64,000 nt of DNA, taken from an uncultured Bacteriovoracaceae bacterium (GTDB taxonomy: Bacteria; Bdellovibrionota; Bacteriovoracia; Bacteriovoracales; Bacteriovoracaceae). A program made the position numbers and the translations under genes. The stretch's first letter is position 1. Each line of letters begins with the position of its first letter. The notes below the pieces were generated by a model. It worked only from the letters and a program-made list of their open reading frames with translations, did no database searches and was not told the DNA's origin. Where the stretch lies: positions 78,325 through 142,324 of the forward strand of contig CAXGUD010000005.1 in the NCBI GenBank assembly GCA_964012805.1, read 5' to 3'. Of this stretch, positions 47,572 to 58,000 are shown in pieces.

Positions 47572-48708
47572 ATGCCTTCACATATTAAACCAACCATTCA
47601 TCAGTTTCAAATAATACGTCCCAAGTTTGTGCTAAAACAGGCAGATTCTATTGATTGGCTTAGCAAAGCTCATTCACTAGTTGAAAAAGATGAGCTAGAT
47701 TCTCCAAAGGCACTGCACCTTAAAAGAAGGTATTCACATTACGGGTGTTCCGAAAATAAAATATCTACTAGAGGTACTGAAATAGAAGATTTCACACATC
47801 AGCAATGGGATAAAATGGAACTATTCCATGTTAATAATCCGAAAAAAATCAATCTTGATGAAAGAATGCGTTTTTATGATGAAAAAGTTTCTTCGGTTTT
47901 TGAAAAGCTCTCTCTAATAGATTCGCCCAATGAACTTACTCCCCAAAACATACTCCATGTAACATGTACAGGGTATTTATCTCCTAGCCCAGCACAAAAC
48001 TGGGTACATCAACAAAAATGGGGTAAACATTGCCAAGTAATTCATCTTTACCATATGGGTTGTTATGCTTCCATCCCAGCAATTCGAGTTGCGAAAGCTC
48101 TGGTTCAAGAAAAAGGAGGGAGCACTCTCATTAAACATAATGAACTATGCACACTTCACTTTAGCCCATGGGACTCTTCTCCTGAACAATTGGTTATCCA
48201 AAGCCTTTTCTCAGATGGTCATATAGGTTATTTGGTAACTAAACCAACAGAGCCAATTTCAGGACTTGAGATCCTATCAGATAGAGAAATGATTATTCCA
48301 AATAGCAATAAAGATATGTCATGGTCACCAGGTACTCATGGCTTTTCCATGAACCTCTCTCCTTTAGTTCCTAAAAAAATTACAGAGCACCTACCTTATT
48401 TTTTAAGAGAATGGCTTACGCTAGAGAAATATGACTTTGAAACTATTTCAAAAGAGGCTTTTTTTGCTATACATCCAGGAGGACCTAAAATAATTCGCAA
48501 TTTACAAGAAGCCCTTAACCTCCAACAATGGCAAATTTCCCACTCCACTAGAATTCTTCATCGCTATGGAAATATGAGCTCCGCTACACTTCCCCATATA
48601 TGGGAAAGAATGCTTCACTCCAATGAGCTTCCCAAAGGCTCTCTCATCATATCTCTTGCATTTGGCCCAGGTATTTCAATACATGGAACCCTATTTAGAA
48701 AGGTATGA
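47572..48708 (+). CDS. Type III polyketide synthase (chalcone synthase family)
   Basis: HVTCTGY..P, HMGCYAS (Cys), ELCTLH, LFSDG, AIHPGGP (His), GNMSSAT (Asn) and AFGPG motifs. Confidence 0.9.
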   Translation: MPSHIKPTIHQFQIIRPKFVLKQADSIDWLSKAHSLVEKDELDSPKALHLKRRYSHYGCSENKISTRGTEIEDFTHQQWDKMELFHVNNPKKINLDERMRFYDEKVSSVFEKLSLIDSPNELTPQNILHVTCTGYLSPSPAQNWVHQQKWGKHCQVIHLYHMGCYASIPAIRVAKALVQEKGGSTLIKHNELCTLHFSPWDSSPEQLVIQSLFSDGHIGYLVTKPTEPISGLEILSDREMIIPNSNKDMSWSPGTHGFSMNLSPLVPKKITEHLPYFLREWLTLEKYDFETISKEAFFAIHPGGPKIIRNLQEALNLQQWQISHSTRILHRYGNMSSATLPHIWERMLHSNELPKGSLIISLAFGPGISIHGTLFRKV

Positions 48709-49460
48709 CTTCTATGAAAAAACCGGAAGTTAATAACTCAATTTACTACCATCTAGGTAGAAAATGGTATGAAGCTGACGACGATCCGATAGCACTCCTA
48801 AGAGCTGAAGCTCGCTTTAGAAATCCATGGATTTTCAAACAAATGATATCTCAAGGAATGAAACAAGGTAAATCAAAACTTTTAGATATTGGGTGCGGAG
48901 GGGGCTTTCTTTCAAATTCGTTTATAAAAAAAGGAGTTCAAGTTACAGGAATTGATATCTCTGAGGACGCAATAAGTATTGCTAAGCACTATGATACAAC
49001 AAAAAAAGTCCATTACTTAAAAGGAGATGCTTATAACCTTCCTTTTCTAGAAAGTAGTTTCGACTTTGTTTGTGCAATGGATTTTTTAGAGCATGTTAAT
49101 AGCCCTGAAAAAGTAATTCAAGAAGCTTCAAGAGTATTAAAACCTGGTGGATCTTTCTTTTTCTATACTTTCAATAGAAATTTTTTGTCATGGCTTCTCA
49201 TTATAAAAGGTGTTGAACTTATTTTGAAAAAAACACCTCGAAACCTTCACGTTTATCATCTTTTTTTAAAACCCAAAGAAGTTCAAAACTATTGCAATAA
49301 TCACAATCTTAAAATAAAAAATTTCCAAGGAGTTGGCCCCAAAGTTTTCGATTCATCTTTCTTAAAGTTCATTTTAAAAAGAAGGGTCCCTTCAAACTTT
49401 TCTTTTACTTTTAAGAATTCATTAAAAATAGGTTACCTAGGTCATGCTATTAAAGAATGA
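48705..49460 (+). CDS. UbiG-like SAM-dependent O-methyltransferase
   Basis: LDIGCGGG, GIDIS, DFLEHV, RVLKPGG and TFNR motifs. ATGA overlap with the PKS gene. Confidence 0.85.
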   Translation: MTSMKKPEVNNSIYYHLGRKWYEADDDPIALLRAEARFRNPWIFKQMISQGMKQGKSKLLDIGCGGGFLSNSFIKKGVQVTGIDISEDAISIAKHYDTTKKVHYLKGDAYNLPFLESSFDFVCAMDFLEHVNSPEKVIQEASRVLKPGGSFFFYTFNRNFLSWLLIIKGVELILKKTPRNLHVYHLFLKPKEVQNYCNNHNLKIKNFQGVGPKVFDSSFLKFILKRRVPSNFSFTFKNSLKIGYLGHAIKE

Positions 49461-50337
49461 GGAGTATACGCAAAAATTCTTATTTTTTTCAAAATCTACA
49501 TGGGTTCATTTAAGGATTCCTTATTCTCTATGTCTTTCCCCAGTCTTTTTTTTTTCTTTTTCAGAAATAAATGTCGGTAATAATGAAGAAAAACTCTTTC
49601 TCATTTTTATTATTTTGCACCTTTTTTTATATCCCGCAAGCCAAGCATATAACAGCTATTATGACAATGACTCTCAAAGTATTGGAGGAGTAGAAGAACC
49701 TCCCAAAGTAAATAAAGACCTTTTGTTAACTTCTTACATTTTTGATTGTTTAGCTATATCGCTATCATTATTTTATATTGGTTACTTATTTTTTATGGCC
49801 ACTTTAGTTTGTTCCATTCTTTCTAAAGCCTATAGCCACCCTAGAATTAGATTGAAAAAAAATCCATTTTTAAGCTGGTTAACTGTTTCAATCTTTCAAG
49901 GCCCTTTTATTTATTTAGCCATATTCTTATCCTTTTCATCTTCATGGCCAATTGACCTTAAACAACAATGGCCTGCCGCTCTTTCAACTGCTTTTCTTTT
50001 TGGAGGAGCCTATCCTATGACACAAATTTTTCAACATGAAGAAGACAGAAAAAGAGGAGATGAGACTTTAAGTTTAAAGCTAGGTATCAAAGGGACATTT
50101 CTCTTTAGTGCAATGAGTTTCCTAATAGGCACTCTTCTTCTATTTTATTACCAGTTCATTAATAAAAAATTTGAAGTTTTTTATATTTTTCCCCTATTTA
50201 TGCTTCCGACTTTTATCTATTTTAGTTATTGGTTTTTTTTATGCTTGAGAAATGAGTCAGAAGTGAACTTTAGAAATTGTATGAAACTTAATATCATTAG
50301 CACATTATGCTTTTGTTCTTTTTTTATTTTTATCTAA
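49444..50337 (+). CDS. UbiA-family prenyltransferase
   Basis: Polytopic membrane protein with NSYYDND (first Asp-rich motif), AYSHPRIRLK and QHEEDRKRGD (second motif). Overlaps the methyltransferase gene. Confidence 0.82.
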   Translation: MLLKNEEYTQKFLFFSKSTWVHLRIPYSLCLSPVFFFSFSEINVGNNEEKLFLIFIILHLFLYPASQAYNSYYDNDSQSIGGVEEPPKVNKDLLLTSYIFDCLAISLSLFYIGYLFFMATLVCSILSKAYSHPRIRLKKNPFLSWLTVSIFQGPFIYLAIFLSFSSSWPIDLKQQWPAALSTAFLFGGAYPMTQIFQHEEDRKRGDETLSLKLGIKGTFLFSAMSFLIGTLLLFYYQFINKKFEVFYIFPLFMLPTFIYFSYWFFLCLRNESEVNFRNCMKLNIISTLCFCSFFIFI

Positions 50338-52641
50338 TCTTAATAATATAGCCGGTAATAAAACTAGGTCAGTAATAAGAGCTGTAATTAAAACCAAAAC
50401 GGAAAGAATACCAAAATTATAATTAGGAACAAAATCGGCAAAAGCTAGTACACCAAAACCTGCAACCAAAATAATCGTTGTAAATAAAAGTGCGGGACCG
50501 GTAAAGGTTAAAACCTGTGCCAAAGAGTATTCTAAATCATTTGATTTTTTTAACCTTCTGTTTAAATTAGTTAAGAAATGAATGGTATCGTCAACAGCTA
50601 TCCCCAAACAAACACTTGTAACCAAAGCCGTTCCTAAATCAATATTTTTTCCCATTAATTGCATCGCACCAGCGCCCAAAACCAGAGGATACACATTTGG
50701 TATCAAGCTAAGAAAGCCAAATTTAAATGACTTAAAGATAATTATTAGTAAAATCGTTACAAGTACTAAAGCCAAGGTAATTGAGGTAAAAAATGTTTTA
50801 ACAACATAGCCATCCATCTTTTGATAAAGAGGCAACTTCCCAGTTGCATAGACATTAAGTCCCAGATCCTTGGCTTTTTTCTCGATTTTATCAATAGTCT
50901 CTAGACTCGTTTTTGAATCTAAGAGGTCCCACAAAATACTCAACCTAATTTCTGAATTATCTAAAGTTACGCGATTATTGATATCCATTCCTTGAGGTAA
51001 ACTCATCGTATAAAGAAAAAGTTGTTCCGCAACTCCTTTTTTAGTGTCAGGAACTTTATAGTATTCCTGACTACCTCCATGAAGAGATCTATTCATTGAT
51101 TTTAAGATATTAACAATAGAAACGCTTTTATTTACTCTTGGGTTTGAATCAATCCAGTTCTGTAAACTTTCGACTTTTTTTAAAAAATCTGGTGACTTAA
51201 TACCTTCAGGCTTACCGCTTTTGATAACAATTTCAGGGCCACCTGTCCCCCCTAATTTCTTCAAGACAAAATCATTCGCTTTTTTAAGGGGAACATTATC
51301 ACTGAAGTAATCATATGGATTTGCATTAACTTCATTTTTATACGCAAGATATAAGCTACTTCCAAATACAAAAATAAAGATAGCAATAATAGCAATATCA
51401 AACTTTTTATAAAAAGAGACAGCTCTTAAACTCCACTCCTTTGGTAAATTGCTAGCCGTTTCTAAGTTATCACTTTTTTTAACTTTAACATTTATAGGCA
51501 GTAAAGAGAGTAATGGAGCCATCAAAAGAAAAGTAAAAATAAGCCCCATCTGAGTTCCTATCCCAGCCAAAAGCCCTAAGTTTTTAATAGGAATGAGGTT
51601 TGTATTAATAAGACTAAAAAAACCAATAGAGGTGCTAAAACTTGTCATAAATATTGGGAAAAAATTTTTAATAATTGCTTTATAAACGGCTTCTTTTCTT
51701 TCAACTCCACCTGATCTCAATTGAAAAAAAGTCACCATCAGATGAACTGAGTCGGCCATACAAATAGCAATGAGAATATTTGGAATCATAGTCGTAAGGT
51801 TATTTAGCTTAAGACCTAAAAATCCTGAAACCCCAAAAGTTGTCATAATCGAAGCAAAAATAATGAGGAAAGGTAATAAAATACCAGAGACTCTTTTAAA
51901 AATAAAAAGAAGAAAAAGAATGAGAGAAAAAAACAAAAATGGAAGCATCTTTGTTAAATCGCTTAGGGCCACTTCGCTAAATGTATTTCCAATTGCACCA
52001 GAACCAGTTATGTAAAATTTATAGTCGTTATCCTTCTTAAACTTTTCAAGAAGCTTTCTCGTTCCTTCCATAAGCTCTTTATAATTTGGACCTTTTCCAA
52101 AAACTGGTTTGATCCTAGCATAAATAAGTGCAGTATTTAGATCTTTAGTTACCAGAAAACCCGGAATTACTTCATCTTTTAAAGCTATTTTTTTTCTTTC
52201 TTCTAAAAATTCTTTCTCAAAACGGTCTTCTTCAGGAATAAAATCTTCCACAATGATTTCATCGCCCTTAGAGTGGGTCCATTGGAAGTTTGTTAGTGAT
52301 TCTACTCTGATGACTTGTTTAACTAGCCACATTTCCTCAGTAAATGATCGTAACATTTTAAGGGTTTTATTATTAAAAACGCCACTCTTTGTATCGACAA
52401 CAATAACCATATTGTCATCATTTCCAAACTTCCTTTCAAAAGCATCAAATTGAACAAGGTTTTGGTCTTTTTCATCAAACCAAACTCTATAAGAAAAATC
52501 GACTTCTATGTGCTTACCACCGTAAGAAAGACCGAAAAGAATAATAAATCCCAAAATAATGGAGGTCCAAGGGCGATAAACTGAGAACCTGGCAATTTTG
52601 CAAGTCAAACTCTTTTTGTCGCTACCTAAAAAGTCTTCCAT
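50305..52641 (-). CDS. MMPL/RND-family lipid exporter
   Basis: Two repeats of TM + periplasmic domain + 5 TM, with AICMADSVH and GIAVDDTIH motifs. Confidence 0.9.
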   Translation of the reverse strand: MEDFLGSDKKSLTCKIARFSVYRPWTSIILGFIILFGLSYGGKHIEVDFSYRVWFDEKDQNLVQFDAFERKFGNDDNMVIVVDTKSGVFNNKTLKMLRSFTEEMWLVKQVIRVESLTNFQWTHSKGDEIIVEDFIPEEDRFEKEFLEERKKIALKDEVIPGFLVTKDLNTALIYARIKPVFGKGPNYKELMEGTRKLLEKFKKDNDYKFYITGSGAIGNTFSEVALSDLTKMLPFLFFSLILFLLFIFKRVSGILLPFLIIFASIMTTFGVSGFLGLKLNNLTTMIPNILIAICMADSVHLMVTFFQLRSGGVERKEAVYKAIIKNFFPIFMTSFSTSIGFFSLINTNLIPIKNLGLLAGIGTQMGLIFTFLLMAPLLSLLPINVKVKKSDNLETASNLPKEWSLRAVSFYKKFDIAIIAIFIFVFGSSLYLAYKNEVNANPYDYFSDNVPLKKANDFVLKKLGGTGGPEIVIKSGKPEGIKSPDFLKKVESLQNWIDSNPRVNKSVSIVNILKSMNRSLHGGSQEYYKVPDTKKGVAEQLFLYTMSLPQGMDINNRVTLDNSEIRLSILWDLLDSKTSLETIDKIEKKAKDLGLNVYATGKLPLYQKMDGYVVKTFFTSITLALVLVTILLIIIFKSFKFGFLSLIPNVYPLVLGAGAMQLMGKNIDLGTALVTSVCLGIAVDDTIHFLTNLNRRLKKSNDLEYSLAQVLTFTGPALLFTTIILVAGFGVLAFADFVPNYNFGILSVLVLITALITDLVLLPAILLRLDKNKKRTKA

Positions 52642-52703
52642 TATATTCCTTCATTATTTAAATTAACTTCAATGTTAATTTATTAAAACCCGCTTATTAA
52701 AAT

Positions 52704-54026
52704 TTAAAAAAAGCGAGTCAATTTTAAATTTAGTTCATTTTTTTCATGAGAAAACTCTAAACCTTTGGGAATTAAACCTTTTTGCGGGGCCTCAATTGCT
52801 TTCAGCCCTATTCCTGCCTTCCAGTTACTACTCAAGCGCCTTTTATATTCAAAAGACATTAAATGCTCTTTTTCCCGTTCTAAGTCTTTTATAGCAGACA
52901 GAAGAAACTCACTCCCCATAACATCATTTAAATTATGACGGATTCCAAAAAGAATATCTTTCTGGAACACATCTAAATTGGCACGTTCCTCCTTAGATGC
53001 ATTCAAAATAGTCTGTCCCTCTAAAATTAACGTTGTTTCCGCACCACTATTCCAATAAAAAGTTTTTTCAATACCCATTGCAACCCAGTCATATTTTTTT
53101 AACTCTTTTTGACCAAAATCAACAAATCCAGCTAATTTTGAATAAGTTGAACCATTCAACTCATAAGAGTCTAAAAAGTCTCCATCAAAGATCCTTTTAT
53201 CGTATTCAAGCTTAATATTCCAAGCTCCTAAAATTAACTGTAAAGTTCCTCCATAATGTTGAACTTGGAAATAAACAGGATGCAAGTCTTTAATAGGGTC
53301 TTCTACTTTAAAATAAAAAATCCCATTTGATCGATCGCGATTCTTTATTGCGTATAATGTAATATCCATTGGACCTAAACTTTGAGTTAAAAATAACCCT
53401 CCTTGTAGACCATAATTGTCGAAAGACACTCTTCCACTTTCCTCCCACCAAAGAGCTTCTTTAATACTGTACTCATTTCCTGAAAAAAACAATTTGGAGG
53501 CAAAGCGTGGATCTTCAAACCGAGGCATTACAACTAAGTTTAAACGTCCTTTCCCAATCCTTCTCTGAATAAGGAAAGTAAATTCTCCTTTCTTTTTATC
53601 AGTATCCTCACCACCAATAAATTTAGAATTAATGATATCCGAGGGGTGAAAGACCTCTGTTGTGCTCCAATTAAATACTTGAAAGCCAACTTTCAAAAGC
53701 CAAGGTCTTTTTTTATACAGTAAATAAGAGTCTTCTATAAAAAGAAAACTTTCTCCTGTTTTAGCTTCCTCCACTTTTCCATTTATTGTCGCCTTACCCC
53801 GAAGTTTTCCTTTTTTGAAAGCGGCACTTAAATTGGTCGATAACCCGATTTTTTGATCATCTGTTTCAGGATTTTTATCGTCTTTAAATGTCTTCGCAAA
53901 AAAATCAATTTCCCCACTACTTTTATACCTTGTCTTTGCAACCAAAATTTGATCAGAAGTAATAAATAAAAAGAACAACAAAAAGAAAAATATTGGTTTA
54001 ACTGATTTTAATTTTAAATAATTCAC
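52704..54026 (-). CDS. Probable outer-membrane beta-barrel protein associated with the MMPL transporter
   Basis: Signal peptide, amphipathic beta-strand pattern, VG.Q.FNW...HPSDIIN motif and C-terminal Phe. Confidence 0.65.
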   Translation of the reverse strand: MNYLKLKSVKPIFFFLLFFLFITSDQILVAKTRYKSSGEIDFFAKTFKDDKNPETDDQKIGLSTNLSAAFKKGKLRGKATINGKVEEAKTGESFLFIEDSYLLYKKRPWLLKVGFQVFNWSTTEVFHPSDIINSKFIGGEDTDKKKGEFTFLIQRRIGKGRLNLVVMPRFEDPRFASKLFFSGNEYSIKEALWWEESGRVSFDNYGLQGGLFLTQSLGPMDITLYAIKNRDRSNGIFYFKVEDPIKDLHPVYFQVQHYGGTLQLILGAWNIKLEYDKRIFDGDFLDSYELNGSTYSKLAGFVDFGQKELKKYDWVAMGIEKTFYWNSGAETTLILEGQTILNASKEERANLDVFQKDILFGIRHNLNDVMGSEFLLSAIKDLEREKEHLMSFEYKRRLSSNWKAGIGLKAIEAPQKGLIPKGLEFSHEKNELNLKLTRFF

Positions 54027-54036
54027 ATTGAACCCT

Positions 54037-54987
54037 TTACTTTTTCTCTACCCCATTCAGTTTCCAATTATAAAAATGCCCTTTTATATCTTTTTGATAA
54101 TTCTCAAGTGCCTTTTTAAGATCTCCTTTCGCATATTTTTTTAAATGTCTTATGACTCCTTTATCACCTTCAAACCCTTTTGTTTCGAAATCACTTCTAA
54201 ACCAAACATAAATACTCGAAACATGAAGCTCTTCTTTTTTAAAAAAAAGCCCATTCGAATGGTTTACAAAATTAAATGAAGAACTTTCTAAGAGGTCTTC
54301 CATATTTAAAGATGTAAAAGGTACTTTATTTAATGTTGGGCACCCCAAACTCGCACAGTTAAGAGCATAATGAATCCTGGGGTCATTTGATAAAGGTCTC
54401 AAAATTCTATGCTCTATATCATTTAATGAAATCATTACATTTTCGACTTTTAAAATTTTTGCATCCCAAGGCCCGAATTTTGCGTGATTTATTGTTAATT
54501 CGATGTCCTTGATTGTTTTTATGGGGTAACTATTAATAACCAATTGGACAGTCAGTGCATTATAGAGATTAATCCAAAAAGCTTTTTGTTCAATCCATCG
54601 AAAGGAAGAAATTTGAGTCGCCCCTAATGTTTTAATATATAAGTTTAACTTTGCTTTATCTTCTTTAGAAATCCCTTGGTAATTAAAAAGGTTTACTCCA
54701 GAAGATGCGTCTAGGGATAAATTTTTTGCCAGGACCTCTTCCCATAATTTATGAGAAATTCTTTTTTTGTTTTGAGAGTTTCTACTCTTCCATCTTTCCC
54801 ATAATTGACTTTTCGGGGCTAGGATTTCTTGAAGTCTTTGTTTAAAAAACTTGCTAATAAAATTAGCCTCTGCAATTCGAACATTAAAAAGAGGATTGAT
54901 CAGAACTAAAAACAAAAAGAATTTAAAAAATTTGTATTTCTTGTTAAAGAGAGTCATGAAAGATTCCTTTCCTTCAATCCTAATCAA
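54037..54987 (-). CDS. DUF547-family exported protein
   Basis: AFWINLYNA, SLNDIEH..LR, DPRIHYALNCASLGCP and SSIY.WF..DF motifs. Start probably at MTLFNK. Confidence 0.85.
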   Translation of the reverse strand: MIRIEGKESFMTLFNKKYKFFKFFLFLVLINPLFNVRIAEANFISKFFKQRLQEILAPKSQLWERWKSRNSQNKKRISHKLWEEVLAKNLSLDASSGVNLFNYQGISKEDKAKLNLYIKTLGATQISSFRWIEQKAFWINLYNALTVQLVINSYPIKTIKDIELTINHAKFGPWDAKILKVENVMISLNDIEHRILRPLSNDPRIHYALNCASLGCPTLNKVPFTSLNMEDLLESSSFNFVNHSNGLFFKKEELHVSSIYVWFRSDFETKGFEGDKGVIRHLKKYAKGDLKKALENYQKDIKGHFYNWKLNGVEKK

Positions 54988-55026
54988 ATTTTTTCTTCTT
55001 TGAAAGAAGTATTTAGGAAATGAAAC

Positions 55027-58000
55027 CTAGTTTAGCTTGCCCCTTAACCAATAAGCATAGAATTCACTTTGAGTCATACCTGAACTAAGCATCAAGCTCA
55101 TCAGAGGTCCATACACTTTCGAAGAGCCTACTTGACCTAGAGAATTAGAGTTGATTCTTGAGTCACCATCTTCATCACCGATCCGAAAACCATCTATTCT
55201 TGAAATGATGAAGTAGTTTTCACTGCCACCTAACAATTTTTTAAAACCTTCAAGATTAAGCCACCTATTGGCCATCGAAAGGACAGAGCGTGTATATTGG
55301 CCTTGCCGCTTGTAATCCTTATTTTCCATATGTTTTTTTATTTTTTTAAAGTGGCTTAACATTCTGGCCCGCTTTAACAGTTTTGATTTCCCCTTTACAT
55401 GGCGCTTAATAATTTTCTTAAAGGTCCACTTATCCATTTTTGAAAGGTTCTTGATTCCTTCAGAATAAATATAGTGGTCTATTCCAATATTATAAAGGAA
55501 AATTTTTCTCGTTTGATTTAAAACTAATTCAGGATAAAAGTTCGTTTTATATTGTTCATTTAACCTTCTAAGTATTTTTTCAGCTCTTCTTTTAGACAAA
55601 GACCATCCTCTATGACTTTTTGATATCTTAACAAAGGGCTCCTCTAAGCCTCCTTTTCTTTTCAAACCCACTCTACGCTTATTTTTTATTTCTCCTTCAT
55701 AAGAAACATTATAAACGACTTGCATTCCCCCAATACTATCGCCCGGTGCACCTGCTGAAATATTCTTCATTTGAATATCCCATTCAGTATATTTATCAAA
55801 AACACCATTTATTGAATCTATCGCATACTCAGAAACATTAACTCCTTTTCTAACAACCTGAGAAGTTTTATAAAATCGTTTTTTAGCTCCCTGAGGGTGC
55901 GTGACCTCTATTTCAGTTTTACTTTTTAAACCTGCATATTTAAAAAACATAAAACTAGCTTTTTTAAATCCCTCTTTAAAAGAGTGAGTGACATGGTAAG
56001 GTGTTGTAACAGATTTAACCCCCTCCATGCTATTTTTAAGAAAAAGTCCCTTCATTGCATGAATAGACTTTAAAATATCTGGGTTTTCCTCTTCACTTTC
56101 TTGTAAATTCAAAGAGTAAAACCTCCCCCTCGTTTTTCCCTTATTCCACTTATAAGATAAGCTTAGAAGAGGAACAACGGCTTTTGCATTGAATGACATT
56201 ACAACACCATGCACGTTGCCCAAGTCTTTATAAACTTGAAAAGTATCTTCATCTTTTCTGTAAATATGGAGTCTTGAAACTACCAAATTTGTTTGTCCTG
56301 CATTAATCCCTACTCGAGCAATATTTCCAAAGCCTGTACCAACACCCCCGTTAGCGCCTATTCCAATATTATCAGTAATAATTAAGGAGTCTCCTATCGT
56401 AAAACTTTCTTTTAGCTTTTTAACGACCTCATCAATTTTAGTTTGCCTCTCCTCTTCAGAAAGCTCTTTTAAATCAAATCTCAGCATTTCATCTAATATC
56501 TTTCCTTGCTTTCTTTTAAAATAAGGAACAATCATATTTTTAAATGGATATTTAAAAGATGCCTTAAAACTTTTAATCGGTCTTAAGTGAGAGTAACTTC
56601 TCGTATAAAAAGCACGCCCTCCTCCTGAGACGCTAAGTGCTGCCGGGAGACCATAAACGATTGCTTGAGCACCGATATCAACGCTAAAATTAAGAGTATC
56701 AGCCATTTGAACTTTATTATCAGTTCCCAAATAGCTACCAATAATCACATCTCTAGAAGTACCAATATTTGCTCCAAACGTAGGATAGACAAATGTACCT
56801 AGAGGGATTTCTTGAGGAACCCCTGTCTGAATGTAATTCATAAACGCTTCTGAATATAATTCTTCCTGTTTCTTTTTAAAAGCCCTCTCTAAAAAACTCT
56901 GATTGTTCAGAAACTTAGTACTAACATAATTGGTTATTCCCTCTAAAGCTGTAGATACGACCTTAGAGCCAATGAAATGACCTATTTCACTTTTTGATAG
57001 TGGTGACTCTGGGTCTCCAAAGGAGTACCTTGAAGCATAACCATCCCAATTCTCCTTAAATAATTTTCCATTATCTAGATACCTACCATAAGAGATAGTT
57101 GGATTAAATGCTAACTTCTCTGCATTGATTTTGAGAATTTCAATAAGCTGATTTCTTCTTGAAATTAGTTTTTCATTCAGCAAAAGTCCTACTTCTTTTG
57201 GGAAATAAGACATACGCACAATTTCTTTCCAATCACTTCTAGTTAACTTTGAAATTCGACGTGTCATCCATTTGGCATCACCATAAGTCGTAGAAAAATT
57301 TTCGGCACTATCAAAGTCCATTTTAAATTGTTTATTGATAATTCTTCCCGCGTGCCAAGGAAACATATTCACACTTTCAGGAACTTCAACTAATGAATAA
57401 GGAATAAGAAGAGAGTTCAATAACCTACGGCCTTGAATAACAGATGGTGGTAAATAACCAAGAGAAAGATTATAATAATGGTCCTGTGAACTCATAGCGA
57501 CAACATCTTGAAGCTCAATTTCTTCAGCATCAACTAAGGGGCCATCGAAGCTTAGTGCTTTTTCCGATGCCCATTTTTGATAACTATTTAATTTACAATT
57601 ATTTTGAATTAAAGAAGCACCTCTCTCTCGTGATTTTTCCTCAATTTCTAAACACATCTGACTATAAACAGACTTAAACCAAAACCCCTCATGTCCTCTA
57701 ATTTTTCTAAATACTTGAGTTCGGCTTTCATCACATGGTCTTTCAATAATTTGAGACCCTGCTCTTCGCCAACTTCTTTTTTTAACACTCAAACACTTTC
57801 CAGAAATTACAGAGCGAATCCGAACAGAATCTTCGTGATCATCTTGCTTTTCCAAGACCCATGTTGTCCTATGCGGGTTTTCACATGACTCCTGAACTAG
57901 CTCTCCAGCTCTGTTTAAGTCCTGGCTTAAACAAAGGTCTGAATATTTAACCTTAAGCATAATTTTTTCATTATCTTTAAAAGACCTAAAATTAGCTCTT

